From positions 36,721 to 100,720 of the forward strand of contig CAVURJ010000002.1 of NCBI GenBank assembly GCA_963743885.1: DNA of 64,000 nucleotides, given 5' to 3'. Every line of letters starts with the position of its first letter. Position 1 is the first letter of the stretch. The translations under genes were made by a program, and so were the position numbers. A model generated the notes under the pieces. The model was not told the DNA's origin. It saw only the letters and a program-made list of their open reading frames with translations, and searched no databases. This DNA comes from Candidatus Moraniibacteriota bacterium (GTDB taxonomy: Bacteria > Patescibacteriota > Minisyncoccia > Moranbacterales > UBA1568). Positions 38,389-50,600 of the stretch are shown piece after piece.

Positions 38389-38497
38389 AGGGGAAGAATT
38401 ATGAATCAGGAATAGTGAATCAAGATAAAAACCATAGGTTTTTGTTTTTGGTGTATTTGTTCTTGATTCTTGATTCTAAATTCTTGATTCTTGGGAA
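38380..38497. repeat. AT-rich heptad repeat tract (AATCAAG / TTCTTGA units) upstream of parA
   Basis: gaatcaggaatagtgaatcaag ... ttcttgattcttgattctaaattcttgattcttggg. Confidence 0.55.
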
Positions 38498-39289
38498 ATG
38501 GCTAAGATAATCGGTTTCGTCAATCAGAAGGGGGGCGTCGGAAAGACGACTTCTACGATCAATGTCGCTACCTATCTCGCCGAGGCTGGCAAGAAGGTGC
38601 TTTTGGTTGACCTTGATCCACAGGGTAATGCTTCGTCTGGTCTTGGCATCGATGCTCGGGCACTCGAGAAGAATCTGTATCATGCGATGATTTTGGGGCT
38701 TCCACCGCAGGAGATTATCCTACGTACGGAGACTGAGAATCTGCATATCATTCCGGCAGCGCAGGATTTGGCTGGAGCGGAGATCGAGATGGTGCATATT
38801 GATAGCCGCGAGTTTCGATTGCATAGCGTGCTTCGACAGGTGCGCGCGTATTATGATTACATTCTTATCGATAGTCCGCCGTCGCTCGGCCTCCTTACTA
38901 TCAATGGCCTGGTCGCATCTGATGAAGTGATCATCCCGGTGCAGACGGAGTACTATGCGCTTGAAGGTCTGTCGCAGCTTTTGGGGACGATTGAGCTCGT
39001 GCGTGAGCACTTGCAGCCGAATCTCAAGATCGGTGGTGCACTGCTTACTCTGTATGACCGCCGCAATCGTTTGGCGCGCCAGGTAGTGAATGAAGTGCGG
39101 ACGCATTTTCCTGGGCCAGTGTTTGAGAACGTCGTTCCGCGTTCGGTCCGGCTCGCGGAAGCGCCGAGCTATGGCAAGTCGATTCTCGATTTTGATGCTT
39201 TTTCCAAAGGTGCCCGTGCGTACAAGGGTGTGGTGCGTGAGTTGATTGCTCGGGAAGAAGAGGATAAGAAGAAACTCAAAGTCCTTTGA
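38498..39289 (+). CDS. parA: ParA/Soj chromosome-partitioning ATPase
   Basis: Deviant Walker A 'NQKGGVGKTTSTINVA', 'LLVDLDPQGNAS'. Confidence 0.9.
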   Translation: MAKIIGFVNQKGGVGKTTSTINVATYLAEAGKKVLLVDLDPQGNASSGLGIDARALEKNLYHAMILGLPPQEIILRTETENLHIIPAAQDLAGAEIEMVHIDSREFRLHSVLRQVRAYYDYILIDSPPSLGLLTINGLVASDEVIIPVQTEYYALEGLSQLLGTIELVREHLQPNLKIGGALLTLYDRRNRLARQVVNEVRTHFPGPVFENVVPRSVRLAEAPSYGKSILDFDAFSKGARAYKGVVRELIAREEEDKKKLKVL

Positions 39290-39298
39290 GTTTCTTCG

Positions 39299-39721
39299 GA
39301 ATCAAGAATTGAGAATCATGAATCAAGATAAGAAGACAATCAAATCATTTACGGACCTTGAAGCATGGAAAGAAGGGCACAAGCTTGTTATTCTTGTATA
39401 TAAGGAAACAGAATCATTTCCGCAGAAAGAGATTTTTGCACTGACGAATCAGATGAGGAGATGTGTCGTTTCTATAACATCGAACATCGCAGAGGGTTTT
39501 AGTAGACAATCATACAAAGAAAAAGTGCAGTTTTATTCTATGGCCCTTGGGTCGTTGACTGAATTGCAGAATCAGTTGCTTATTGCGAGAGACGTCGGAT
39601 TTTTGAATAAGGAGAAGTTTAAGCAATTGGCTGATCAGAGCGTTGTTGCACATAAGATTTTGGGTGGATTAGTAAAAAAGTCGAAGGCATATCGCGATTC
39701 TTGATTTTCAATTCTTGATTC
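39299..39721 (+). mobile_element. Putative mini-cassette: four-helix-bundle gene bounded by 19-bp terminal inverted repeats, inserted between parA and parB
   Basis: Left GAATCAAGAATTGAGAATC (39299-39317). Right GATTTTCAATTCTTGATTC (39703-39721), whose revcomp matches the left at 18/19. The repeats abut the start and stop codons of the enclosed gene. Confidence 0.45.
39318..39704 (+). CDS. Four-helix-bundle protein (23S rRNA intervening-sequence protein family)
   Basis: 'FTDLEAWKEGHKLVILVYKET.SFPQKEIFALTNQMRRCVVSITSNIAEGFSRQSYKEKVQFYSMALGSLTELQNQLLIA' matches the PF05635-type pattern. Confidence 0.75.
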   Translation: MNQDKKTIKSFTDLEAWKEGHKLVILVYKETESFPQKEIFALTNQMRRCVVSITSNIAEGFSRQSYKEKVQFYSMALGSLTELQNQLLIARDVGFLNKEKFKQLADQSVVAHKILGGLVKKSKAYRDS

Positions 39722-39730
39722 TTGTATCTT

Positions 39731-40732
39731 ATGGCATCACAGCAATATGGGCTTGGCAGGGGATTGGCATCGCTCATTCCTCCGAAGAAAAATAACGAGG
39801 TGGTCAAGGCAGCACCGTTCCGGATAGAGCCGGTTTCGAGGCCGGCTGCAGCAGCTTTTCCTGATGAGAGTGCTGCTGCACCGGCTGCCGCTCCAACCGT
39901 TGCGGCATCTGTTGCTCCGGTTGCCTCTATGTCCGCTTCCGTTCCGGCTGCAGCGCAGTCTTCGTCGCGCGAGGTGCCGATTGGCGATATCGTGCCCAAC
40001 CCACACCAGCCGCGGCTCCATTTCGATGAGGCTAAGCTTGAGGAGCTTGCACAGTCCATCCGCGAGCACGGCATCCTCCAGCCGCTCGTCGTGAGCCCGC
40101 TTGAGGGCGGGAAATATGAGTTGATTGCTGGAGAGCGCCGTCTCCAAGCATCGAAGCGCGTCGGCCTTGTGATGGTCCCTGTCGTCGTGAAGGACGCCTC
40201 GGAACAGGAGAAGCTCGAGTTGGCGATTATTGAGAATATCCAGCGTCATAACCTCAACCCAATCGAAGAGGCAAAGGCATATCTCCGGCTGGTCGATGAG
40301 TTCGGTTTGCCGCAGGACGCGGTGGCCAAGAAGATGAGCAAGAGTCGGAGTGCGGTATCGAATACGATGCGGTTGCTCCATCTGCCGATCGAGATCCAGC
40401 GTGCTGTCGCGGAAGGGAAGATCAGTGAAGGCCATGCTAAGGCGCTTTTGGCTATCGAGAATCCTGAGAAGCAGCGGGCGATTTTTGATCTCATCATCAA
40501 GGAAGAGCTGACGGTCCGTGAGACAGAGACCAGAGTGCGGAGCATCTCAGTGAAGCCGCACGTGAGGAGCGCGGCGCCGATCAATCCGGATATCTTGTCG
40601 CGCGCGGAGCATCTGACGCAGGCGCTCGGTACCAAGGTGAAAATCGCTCCGTCCGGAAAGGGTGGTAGGGTTGTCATTGAGTATTATTCCCAGGAAGACC
40701 TGGATAATCTTTTCAAGCGTTTGGAAGAGTAG
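39731..40732 (+). CDS. parB: ParB/Spo0J partitioning protein
   Basis: 'GLGRGLASLIP' N-terminal box, ParB box 'LIAGERRLQASKRVGL', HTH region. ATG 39731 preferred over the TTG at 39722. Confidence 0.88.
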   Translation: MASQQYGLGRGLASLIPPKKNNEVVKAAPFRIEPVSRPAAAAFPDESAAAPAAAPTVAASVAPVASMSASVPAAAQSSSREVPIGDIVPNPHQPRLHFDEAKLEELAQSIREHGILQPLVVSPLEGGKYELIAGERRLQASKRVGLVMVPVVVKDASEQEKLELAIIENIQRHNLNPIEEAKAYLRLVDEFGLPQDAVAKKMSKSRSAVSNTMRLLHLPIEIQRAVAEGKISEGHAKALLAIENPEKQRAIFDLIIKEELTVRETETRVRSISVKPHVRSAAPINPDILSRAEHLTQALGTKVKIAPSGKGGRVVIEYYSQEDLDNLFKRLEE

Positions 40733-40862
40733 GTCATCTTGAAAGACATCAAAATATTATATGTGAATAACCCGGGATATTCCACCGGGTTTTTGCTTTG
40801 GGAAAGGGATTCTTTGTGGTATACTAAATAAGATTACAAGAAGAGTAACATCTTCTTTTTTT

Positions 40863-40878
40863 AGGCTTATATAAGCCT
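40863..40878. promoter_or_regulatory. Perfect 16-bp palindrome AGGCTTATATAAGCCT, 8 nt upstream of the first gene of the surface cluster
   Basis: Self-complementary. Replaces the expected SD position. Candidate operator or RBS-occluding hairpin. Confidence 0.4.
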
Positions 40879-40885
40879 CAAAAAT

Positions 40886-41593
40886 ATGGCAGAAGAAGGA
40901 ACATCACCCATGCTTTCTGGGAGTATTGCGGAAGCCTATAGTGGACCGCGTCGGTCGAATAGGTTGTTCGTCTTTTTGACGATCTTTACGGTCATACTGC
41001 TTGCTGTAGCAGGGTATTTTCTTTATGGGCGATATTTTGTTCCTGAGACGGAGGATACACCACAAACTGAGGCTAATCTTCCTGCTCCGACAACGGAGAC
41101 TGCGTCACCGAGGACGGTTTCGGAGCCCGTACCACTTCTTTCGGATGCAAATTATCAGAGCGAGAATTTCCGTGTCGGAGAGATCGCTATCGGCGGTGAA
41201 GCAGAGTTCATTTTGGCGGAGGATACGCCGGATCCTATCGCGGTAAGTGGCATCCGTGGCGAGGCCTTTACTGAGAAGAACCGGCCAGAGGTCAAGTTGG
41301 TGCTTTCTTGGAAGACGAACAAGTTGGCCCGGTCAGAAGTCGCTTATTCCAAGGGGGTTGGACAACCCGAAAAGACAGTGGTCGAGGATGATTACAGCTT
41401 CAACCATAGCGTCGTCATACCCGGTCTTGACCAGGCGTCGACGTATGTGTATTTCATCACCGCGTATGACCGTTTCGGGGGCGAAACGAAGAGTGAATCG
41501 CACGCGGTTTATACCGGTTCGAAGTCCGTCTCACTGTTCGATTTGATCGCGGGTGCGGTAGGTGATGTTTTTGGCTGGGCTGTCAAAAAATAG
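40886..41593 (+). CDS. Membrane-anchored hypothetical protein with FN3-like beta-sandwich region, 235 aa
   Basis: N-terminal TM 'LFVFLTIFTVILLAVAGYFLY'. C-terminal 'EVKLVLSWKTNK...TYVYFITAYDRFG' resembles a fibronectin-III-type fold. Confidence 0.55.
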   Translation: MAEEGTSPMLSGSIAEAYSGPRRSNRLFVFLTIFTVILLAVAGYFLYGRYFVPETEDTPQTEANLPAPTTETASPRTVSEPVPLLSDANYQSENFRVGEIAIGGEAEFILAEDTPDPIAVSGIRGEAFTEKNRPEVKLVLSWKTNKLARSEVAYSKGVGQPEKTVVEDDYSFNHSVVIPGLDQASTYVYFITAYDRFGGETKSESHAVYTGSKSVSLFDLIAGAVGDVFGWAVKK

Positions 41594-41599
41594 GGGTAT

Positions 41600-41625
41600 T
41601 TGACAAGCGAAAAATGTGCTATAAT
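41600..41625 (+). promoter_or_regulatory. Extended -10 promoter TTGACA-14-TGcTATAAT upstream of the giant gene
   Basis: TTGACA 41600-41605, short 14-nt spacer compensated by a TGn extended -10 (TATAAT 41620-41625). Confidence 0.45.
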
Positions 41626-41653
41626 TCGTAGGTGAATCTGGTGCCGAGTTTGG

Positions 41654-44600
41654 GTGAAAGACATGCTGTCATATGTAAGAAATAAAAACCGAAAATCATT
41701 TGCTAAACTCCTGTTCTCCGCGATAGCGGTGGGGGTCATCTGTCTAGGGTGGTACAACATACGACCTGTTTTTGCGCAGTTTGTCGACGCACAGTCAATC
41801 CAGAGAATTGGCTTGTCTGCGTCACTTTTCAACTCTGAGAACCGTATTATCACGAACGGGACCTATGAGGTTCGCTTCGCGATTTACTCCAAGGACCGTG
41901 CGGAAAGTGATGTGTATCCGTCCAATGCCGACGCTGGCAGCCGGCTCTGGGAGGAGACACAGACGGTTTCGGTGAAGAACGGCGTCTTCCGTGTTTTCCT
42001 CGGCTCGGCCAATCCGCTGCCGGAATCGCTCACGTTCAACGAGGGGGATTACTATGTCGGCATGCGGATCGGGACTGATTCTGAGATGGTGCCGCGCAAG
42101 CGTCTCGGATCAGTGCCGCGTGCTATCAACTCGCAGTACCTCGGAGGGAAGCAGGTTGGCACGGGTGCCGGCGATATCCTCACGCTCGGCAACAAGGGTA
42201 AGATCGATATCAAGCAGCTTCCGACCGGGACGGGTTCGAAGCAGCTTGTGCTCGGCAATGATTCCCGCCTCCAGGATTCACACCAACAGAATTCGGATAT
42301 CGGAACTGACTCGACCGTCTTCACGATTGGTGACGGCGCATCGCTCGCAGACAATTTCTTGCTTAACGTTTCTTCAGCCAGCAATACGCCGGCTATCCGT
42401 TTCAATGGATCGACGGGAGCATGGCAGTTTTCGAATGATGGGACGACGTTTGCGGATATTTCCTCCGGCTCAAGCGGAACCTACCTGCCACTTGCTGGCG
42501 GAACGATGACGGGTGCAATCGTTTTCGCTCCGGCACAATCGTTTGCGGACCTGATTAGTCTTGGCGCGGATACAGTCGGGAATTATCTAGCATCTGTTTC
42601 CGGCGGGAATGGCATCGTGGTTTCTGGTTCTGGTTCTGAAGGAGCAACGCCGACGGTATCGCTCAGTCTGCTTGGTTCGGCCGATGGTACCGGGGCTGCT
42701 TCTTCCAACTCCGGTCTTGAATTCCAGGGAGTGGGGTTGAGTGAGCTTACGCTGCTCCAAGGTTGTTCAAATGGGCAGGGGCTCTCATGGAATGATACGA
42801 CGAATGTTTGGGAATGCACGAGCTTTTCTGCTGGGTTGGCAGGAAGCGGGACGGCTGGGTATGCGACGTATTGGAGCGGAGCGAGTTCGCTCGGTTCGGA
42901 GCAGTATCTTTCCTCAGTCCGTGGTGGCACTGGTCTTGATGCATCGGCTGCCAGCAACGGGTCGTTGCTCATTGGCAATGGCTCCGGGTTTACCTTGAAT
43001 ACATTGGCAGGATCGGGGGGTGTGACAGTGACTAATGCTGTCGGGATAATTACTCTTGGTCTTGATGCATTGACATCTGGCACTACGGCGACGACCTATT
43101 CCAATTCCGGTCTTGAGACGACTGCGGACGGTATCAGATTGCTCGGTGGCTGTAACGATGAACAGGTGCTCGCGTGGAACGCTACTCTTGAACGATGGGT
43201 ATGTTCCAACAAGACTGGTGGCACCAGCGATTGGACGAGCACTGGTTCGTACACATATCTGACCGATGCTACGGACGACCTGGTCATCGGCGGCGCGACG
43301 ACGGATGCAGGATTTTTCTTTGATGTTTCTGCTGGGACACTTGCCTTCGAAGGGACGACAGCTGACACATATGAGACGGCCATCGGCGTAATCGATCCGA
43401 CGGCTGATAATACTATCAATTTCCCCAATGTCTCTGGTACCGTTATCACCACCGGCAACCTTTCGAGCATCACTGCTACCGGCACCATCGCTTCCGGCAC
43501 GTGGAATGGCACGACGATCGATGTAGCGCACGGCGGTACGGGCGCTGCCACTTTGAGTGATCTCATCACTCTCGGCACTCATACCGTCGGCAGCTACGTT
43601 TCGACCATCGCTGCCGGCAACGGCATCTCGACCACCGGCGCTTCCTCTGGCGAGACTATCGCTCACACGCTGTCTCTCAAGCTCCTCATCTTAGCCGACA
43701 GCACTGGCGGCACCTCATCCAATTCTGGTCTTGAATTCCAAGGAGTTGGATCGGATTCCTTAGCATTGCTCCAGGGTTGCTCGAACGGGCAGGTCCTTTC
43801 CTGGAATGAAACGACGAGCGTCTGGGAGTGCAATTCTGTTTCTGGCATGGGTGGTGTCACGGGCTCAGCTACTTCTGGTCAGGTTGCCTACTGGGACAGC
43901 TCCTCTTCCATTGCTGGCGAGAACCAGCTTGCTGTTTCGAGAGGTGGTACGGGTATAGGCTCGTACACGATTGGCGATCTCCTCTACGCTTCCGGTGCCA
44001 CGACACTTTCCAGACTTGCTGATGTTGCGACGGGCAATGTACTCATCTCTGGCGGCCTCGGTATCGCGCCATCGTGGGGCAAAGTCGATTTGACGAGCCA
44101 TGTCACTGGCACGCTTCCAGTCGCGAATGGCGGCACTGGAGCTACTTCGCTGAATGATCTCATCACGCTTTCGACGCACACTACCGGCAACTACGTTGCG
44201 AGTGTCTCGAACGGCTCCGGTATCACAGGTGGCAGTGCTGGATCAGAAGGTGCAGCACTTACCCTCGCGATTGATCTCCTTGATTCAGCCGATGGCACTG
44301 GTTCCACATCGTCCAACTCCGGCCTCGAATTCCAGGGTGCAGGATCGAACGAGCTCACCCTCATCCAGGGCTGCTCAAACAACCAGATGCTTCTTTGGAA
44401 CGACACGACCTCCACCTGGTATTGTGGATCGGTTTCAGGTGCCGGCGGTATCGATGGTACTGGCACTGCCGGTTACAGCGCCTATTGGACTGATGTTGAT
44501 ACGCTGGCGAACGAGCAGTATGTCTCGGTTGCGAGGGGAGGGACAGGTCTTTCTGGATCGACCGCCGCGAACGGTACGCTCCTTATCGGCACCGGTACCG

Positions 44601-47600
44601 GGTATGCGCTGGCGACGCTCACGCAGGGTGCGGGCATGACTATTACCAATGGATCTGGCACTATTTCGCTTGCGACGACGCTCGGCGCTTCCGTTGATCT
44701 AGCGACTGAAATCACTGGTACTTTGCCGATTGGCAATGGTGGTACTGGGGTGGCGCTGACTGATCCGAATGCTGATCGTATCATGTTCTGGGATGATTCG
44801 GCGGGCGTGGTTGCTTTTCTGACGCCGGCGGCGAATCTCTCGATCTCCGGGACAACGATCGATCTCGCAGCGTCTGTTCAGCTCGGTGCTGATGGCACGG
44901 ACGGCGTGTTTGCGCTCTACTCTGAGCAGGGCGTGACGGACTACATGACAACCTTCCAGCCCGGCACCCAGACGCAGAATGTCACATACACGCTGCCGAA
45001 CGATGACGGCGCTTCCGGCCAGGTGCTTGTCACCAATGGTACTGGTACGCTTTCGTGGTCGAGTGTTTCCGGTGCGGGTGGTGTGACCGGTACGGGGACA
45101 ACAAACTATGTCGCGTATTGGGATAGCCCGAGCTCAATCGCGGCGGAGCAGTATCTGTCGCTCTCGCGGGGTGGTACGGGGACATCGCTCACCGATCCGA
45201 ATGCTGATCAGATCATGTTCTGGGATGATTCAGCAGGCAATGTCGCATTCCTTGCGCCATCTTCGAACCTTTCGATTTCAGGAACGGGTGTTGATCTCGC
45301 ATCCGCGGTCACGATTGGAAGTTCTTTGCAACTCGGCCAGAATGGCACCGATGGCACATTGACACTCTTCTCCGAGCAGGGCGCGACTGATTATACGACG
45401 GTGTTTCAGCCCGGCACCCAGACGCAGAATGTCACATACACGCTGCCGAACGATGACGGCGCTTCCGGCCAGGTGCTTGTCACCAATGGTACTGGTACGC
45501 TTTCGTGGTCGAGTGTTTCCGGTGCGGGTGGTGTGACCGGTACGGGGACAACAAACTATGTCGCGTACTGGGATAGCCCGAGCTCAATCGCGGCGGAGCA
45601 GTATCTGTCGCCTACGCGTGGTGGTACCGGCGTGGGCACATTCACGCCGAATGGCGTTCTCTACGGCAACGGCACCGGAGCTGTCCAGGTGACGGCAGCA
45701 GGTACTTCGGCGCAGCTTCTTCTTGCGAACGGTTCCGGTGTCCCGACGTTTGTCTCGATGTCGAGCGATGCCACCATTACGAATGCTGGCGTTCTTACGA
45801 TTGCGGCTGATGCGGTTGCTCTCGGCGGAGATACCACTGGCAACTACGTCGCCTCTGTCTCTACTTCCGCGACGACCGGGCTGACGGGCGGATCGGCTGG
45901 CAGCGAAAGTGCCGCGCTTTCGCTCGCATTCGATTATACGAGCACACTCGTCGGCAATCCGAGTCTCGCTGCAGGTAGTGCCGTCTTTGGTACGACCGGT
46001 CTCATCTTCGAGGGTACGACAGCAGATGCTTTTGAGGGCCTCCTGACATTGATCGATCCGACTACTGACAATACTTGGACGCTACCGAATGTTTCGGGAA
46101 CAGTCATTACGACTGGTAATCTCTCCTCTATTACCGCTACTGGCACGATCGCTTCTGGTACGTGGAACGGTACAGTCATCGGTGCCCAGTACGGCGGCAC
46201 CGGCGCAGCGACGCTCACGCCGAATGGCGTTCTCTACGGCAACGGCACCGGAGCTGTCCAGGTGACGGCAGCAGGTACTTCGGCGCAGCTTCTTCTTGCG
46301 AACGGTTCCGGTGTCCCGACGTTTGTCTCGATGTCGAGCGATGCCACCATTACGAATGCTGGCGTTCTTACGATTGCGGCTGATGCGGTTGCTCTCGGCG
46401 GAGATACCACTGGCAACTACGTCGCCTCTGTCTCGAATGGCTCCGGCATCACGGGCGGCAGCGTCGGATCGGAAGGCGCAGCGCTGACTCTCGCAATCGA
46501 CCTCCTCGACTCGGCCGATGGCGCCGGTTCTACTAGCTCTAACTCCGGACTCGAGTTCCAGGGGGCTGGTTCCAACGAGCTCGGGCTTCTCCAAGGTTGT
46601 GCGAACAATGAGGTTCTTTCTTGGAACGACACGACTTCCGTCTGGCAGTGTGCTTCCGTTTCTGGTGTCGGTGGCGTCACAGGATCTGGTGTCTCCGGCC
46701 AGGTGGCCTACTGGGATGGCACCTCGTCCATCGCCGGAGAGAACCAGCTCAGCGTTTCACGAGGCGGCACAGGTCTCGGCACCTACGTCATCGGCGATAT
46801 CCTCTACGCTTCCGGCGCAGCCGCTCTTTCGCGATTGGCGGATGTCGCGACGGGCAATGTGCTCATCTCTGGCGGTGTCGGCATTGCTCCATCCTGGGGC
46901 AAAGTCGACCTGATGAGTCATGTCACAGGCACTCTCTCAGTTGCAAATGGCGGCACGGGCGCCACGACGCTTGCTGACCTCATCACCCTCAGCACCCACA
47001 CCACCGGCAACTACGTCGCCTCTGTCTCAAACGGCTCCGGTATCACGGGCGGCAGCGCCGGATCGGAAGGGGCGGCGCTCACGCTCGCGCTCGGTGCCCT
47101 GACGGCGGACTGGAACCAGACCGGAGCCTTCGACATCGCGCTCGGCAACGCCTCGTCTGAGCTCAAGATCATGGAATCGACCGGAGCCACCTACTACGGC
47201 ATCTTCGACGTGGGGGATCTGAGCGCTGATCGGACGCTGACGGTGCCGAATGTTTCTGGTGTTATCGCGACCGTCGATGGTGCTCAGACCTTTACCTCTG
47301 CGACGTGGAACGGTACAGTCATCGGTGCCCAGTACGGCGGCACCGGCGCAGCGACGCTCACGCCGAATGGCGTTCTCTACGGCAACGGCACCGGAGCTGT
47401 CCAGGTGACGGCAGCAGGTACTTCGGCGCAGCTTCTTCTTGCGAACGGTTCCGGTGTCCCGACGTTTGTCTCGATGTCGAGCGATGCCACCATTACGAAT
47501 GCTGGCGTTCTTACGATTGCGGCTGATGCGGTTGCTCTCGGCGGAGATACCACTGGCAACTACGTCGCCTCTGTCTCGAATGGCTCCGGCATCACGGGCG

Positions 47601-50600
47601 GCAGCGTCGGATCGGAAGGCGCAGCGCTGACTCTCGCAATCGACCTCCTCGACTCGGCCGATGGCGCCGGTTCTACTAGCTCTAACTCCGGACTCGAGTT
47701 CCAGGGGGCATCGAGTAATGAACTGACACTTCTTCAAGGTTGTTCTGATAACAATGTGTTGGCGTGGCAAGATGCATCCAATTCTTGGATCTGCACGAGC
47801 GTCGGTGGCGTGGGTGCTGGTGATATCACTGCCGTAGGCGACGCGACTACCGGTGATGCATTCACAGCTGCTGGCACCTCTGGTACATCGCTCTATTTCT
47901 ATGATGCTGATGGCCGCGGCCAGTTGACGATTGCCAATCTGACAGCTGCGCGGACGTACACGCTCCCGAATGTCTCGGGTACTATCATCACGACCGGCGA
48001 TACCGGATCTGTCACGAGTACGATGCTTGCTGACTCAACCATCGCCGAAGCCGACCTCAGCGTCACCAACGCTGCGACTGCTGGCTACATCCTCTCCTAC
48101 GATGCAGGAGGTGGCTTCACCTGGATCGCCAACACTGGCGGCACCGGATCAAGCAAGTGGACCGACTCCGGCACCATCACGTACCTGACCAGTACGACCG
48201 ATGACGTCGCCTTGGGTGGTTCAACCAGCACGGCTTCCCGCTTCTTCTTCGATGTCACTACGGGGAACCAGATCATCTTCGAAGGTACCGGTGCTGATGA
48301 TGCCAACGAATCGACATTGGTCATCGCCAATCCAACAGCAGACAACACACTCACCATCCCGAACATCACTGGTACCTTCGTCACCACTGGCGATACTGCT
48401 TCCGTCACAGGTACGATGATCACCAACGATACGGTTGTCCTTACGACTGATACCGCTGGTAACTACGTCGCCTCTGTTTCAAACGGCTCCGGTATCACCG
48501 GTGGCAACGGGGGATCGGAAGGGGCGGCGCTCACGCTCGCGCTCGGTGCCCTGACGGCGGACTGGAACCAGACCGGAGCCTTCGACATCGCGCTCAACAA
48601 CGCCTCATCTGAGCTTAAGATCATGGAATCGACCGGCGCTACCTACTACGGCATCTTCGATGTTGGCGATCTCTCATCCGACCAGACCTACTCTTTCACG
48701 ACGGGCGGCACCGTCTGGACTTCAGGCAATGACGGTACCGGTTCGACCCTCGATGCCGATACCCTCGATGGGCATAGCGCTACCTACTTCCAGACCGTTC
48801 TCGCCAACCCGGTGACCGGTACGGGCACTAATGGTTACAATGCCTACTGGAACGGCACCGGCATGCTTGGAAGCGAGCAGTATGTCGCCACCTCGAGGGG
48901 AGGCACCGGTGTTAATGGCTCCGCTGCCGCGAACGGCGCCCTCCTGATCGGCAACAGCACCGGTTACAGTCTCGCGACCCTGACTCAAGGGTCTGGCGTA
49001 ACCATCACCAACGGATCGGGCACCATCACCATCGCGAGCACGCTCGGTACGTCTGTCGACCTCGCGAGCGAAGTGACGGGCACCCTCCCGGTTGCGAACG
49101 GCGGCACCGGCGCCACGACGCTCGCTGACCTCATCACGCTTTCGACGCACACCACCGGCAACTACGTCGCAAGTATCACCAACGGTTCCGGCATCACAGG
49201 TGGCAACGGGGGATCGGAAGGAGCCGCGCTCACTCTCGCTCTCTCGGCGCTTACGGCTGACTGGAACCAGACCGGTGCCTTCGATATCGCGCTCAACAAC
49301 GCCTCATCTGAGCTTAAGATCATGGAATCGACCGGCGCTACCTACTACGGCATCTTCGATGTCGGGGATCTCGCTTCTGACCAGACCTACTCTTTCACGA
49401 CGGGCGGCACCGTCTGGACTTCAGGCAATGACGGCTCAGGCTCGACCTTGGATGCGGATACCTTGGATGGTATCTCATCTGCTTCCTTCGTCCAGACGAG
49501 CGGACTGCTCTTCACTGCGGCCGGCACTTCGGGCAGTAGCCAATCCATCAACCAGGGCGATACACTCACCATCGCGGCTGGCACCGGCATCACAACGACG
49601 GGTGGAGTGACGGATACCATCACCATCGCGAGCACGCTCGGTACGGATATCTCTTCTTCTGAGATTGTTGATGGCACGATCGCGGAAGCTGATCTCAATG
49701 CGACAAATAGTCCGACAGCGGGATATGCACTTATCTATGACGTCGGTGGCGGTTTCACATGGGCGGATACGGGAGGTATGGGCAATTCCAAATGGACCGA
49801 TGCCGGGACGTTCACGTATCTCTCTGGGACTGCAGACAATATCGTAGTCGGTGCATCTACGGAGTCTGGAGCCGCTTTTGAGGTCGATACGGTGAACACT
49901 ACAATCAAGTTGAAAGAGGGCGGTACAACCCCGACGTATTTCGGCATCTTCGATGTTGGCGATCTCTCATCCGACCAGACCTACTCTTTCACGACGGGCG
50001 GCACCGTCTGGACTTCAGGCAATGACGGCTCAGGCTCGACCTTGGATGCGGATACCTTGGATGGTATCTCATCTGCTTCCTTCGTCCAGACGAGCGGACT
50101 GCTCTTCACTGCGGCCGGCACTTCGGGCAGTAGCCAATCCATCAACCAGGGCGATACACTCACCATCGCGGCCGGTACTGGCATTACGACGACGGGTGGA
50201 GCGACGGATACCATTACCATCGCCTCGACTTTGGGTACGTCTGTCGATCTCGCGAGCGAAGTGACAGGTACGCTTCCGGTTGCAAATGGCGGCACGGGCG
50301 CCACGACGCTTGCTGACCTCATCACCCTCAGCACCCACACCACCGGCAACTACGTCGCAAGTGTTTCGAATGGCTCCGGTATCACGGGTGGTAGCGCTGG
50401 ATCGGAAGGGGCGGCGCTCACGCTCGCGCTCGGTGCCCTGACGGCGGACTGGAACCAGACCGGAGCCTTCGACATCGCGCTCAACAACGCCTCATCTGAA
50501 CTCAAGATTCTTGGCTCAGCCGGCACCTACTACGGCATCTTTGATGTGGGAGCGCTTGGATCTGACCAGACCTACTCTTTCACGACGGGCGGCACCGTCT

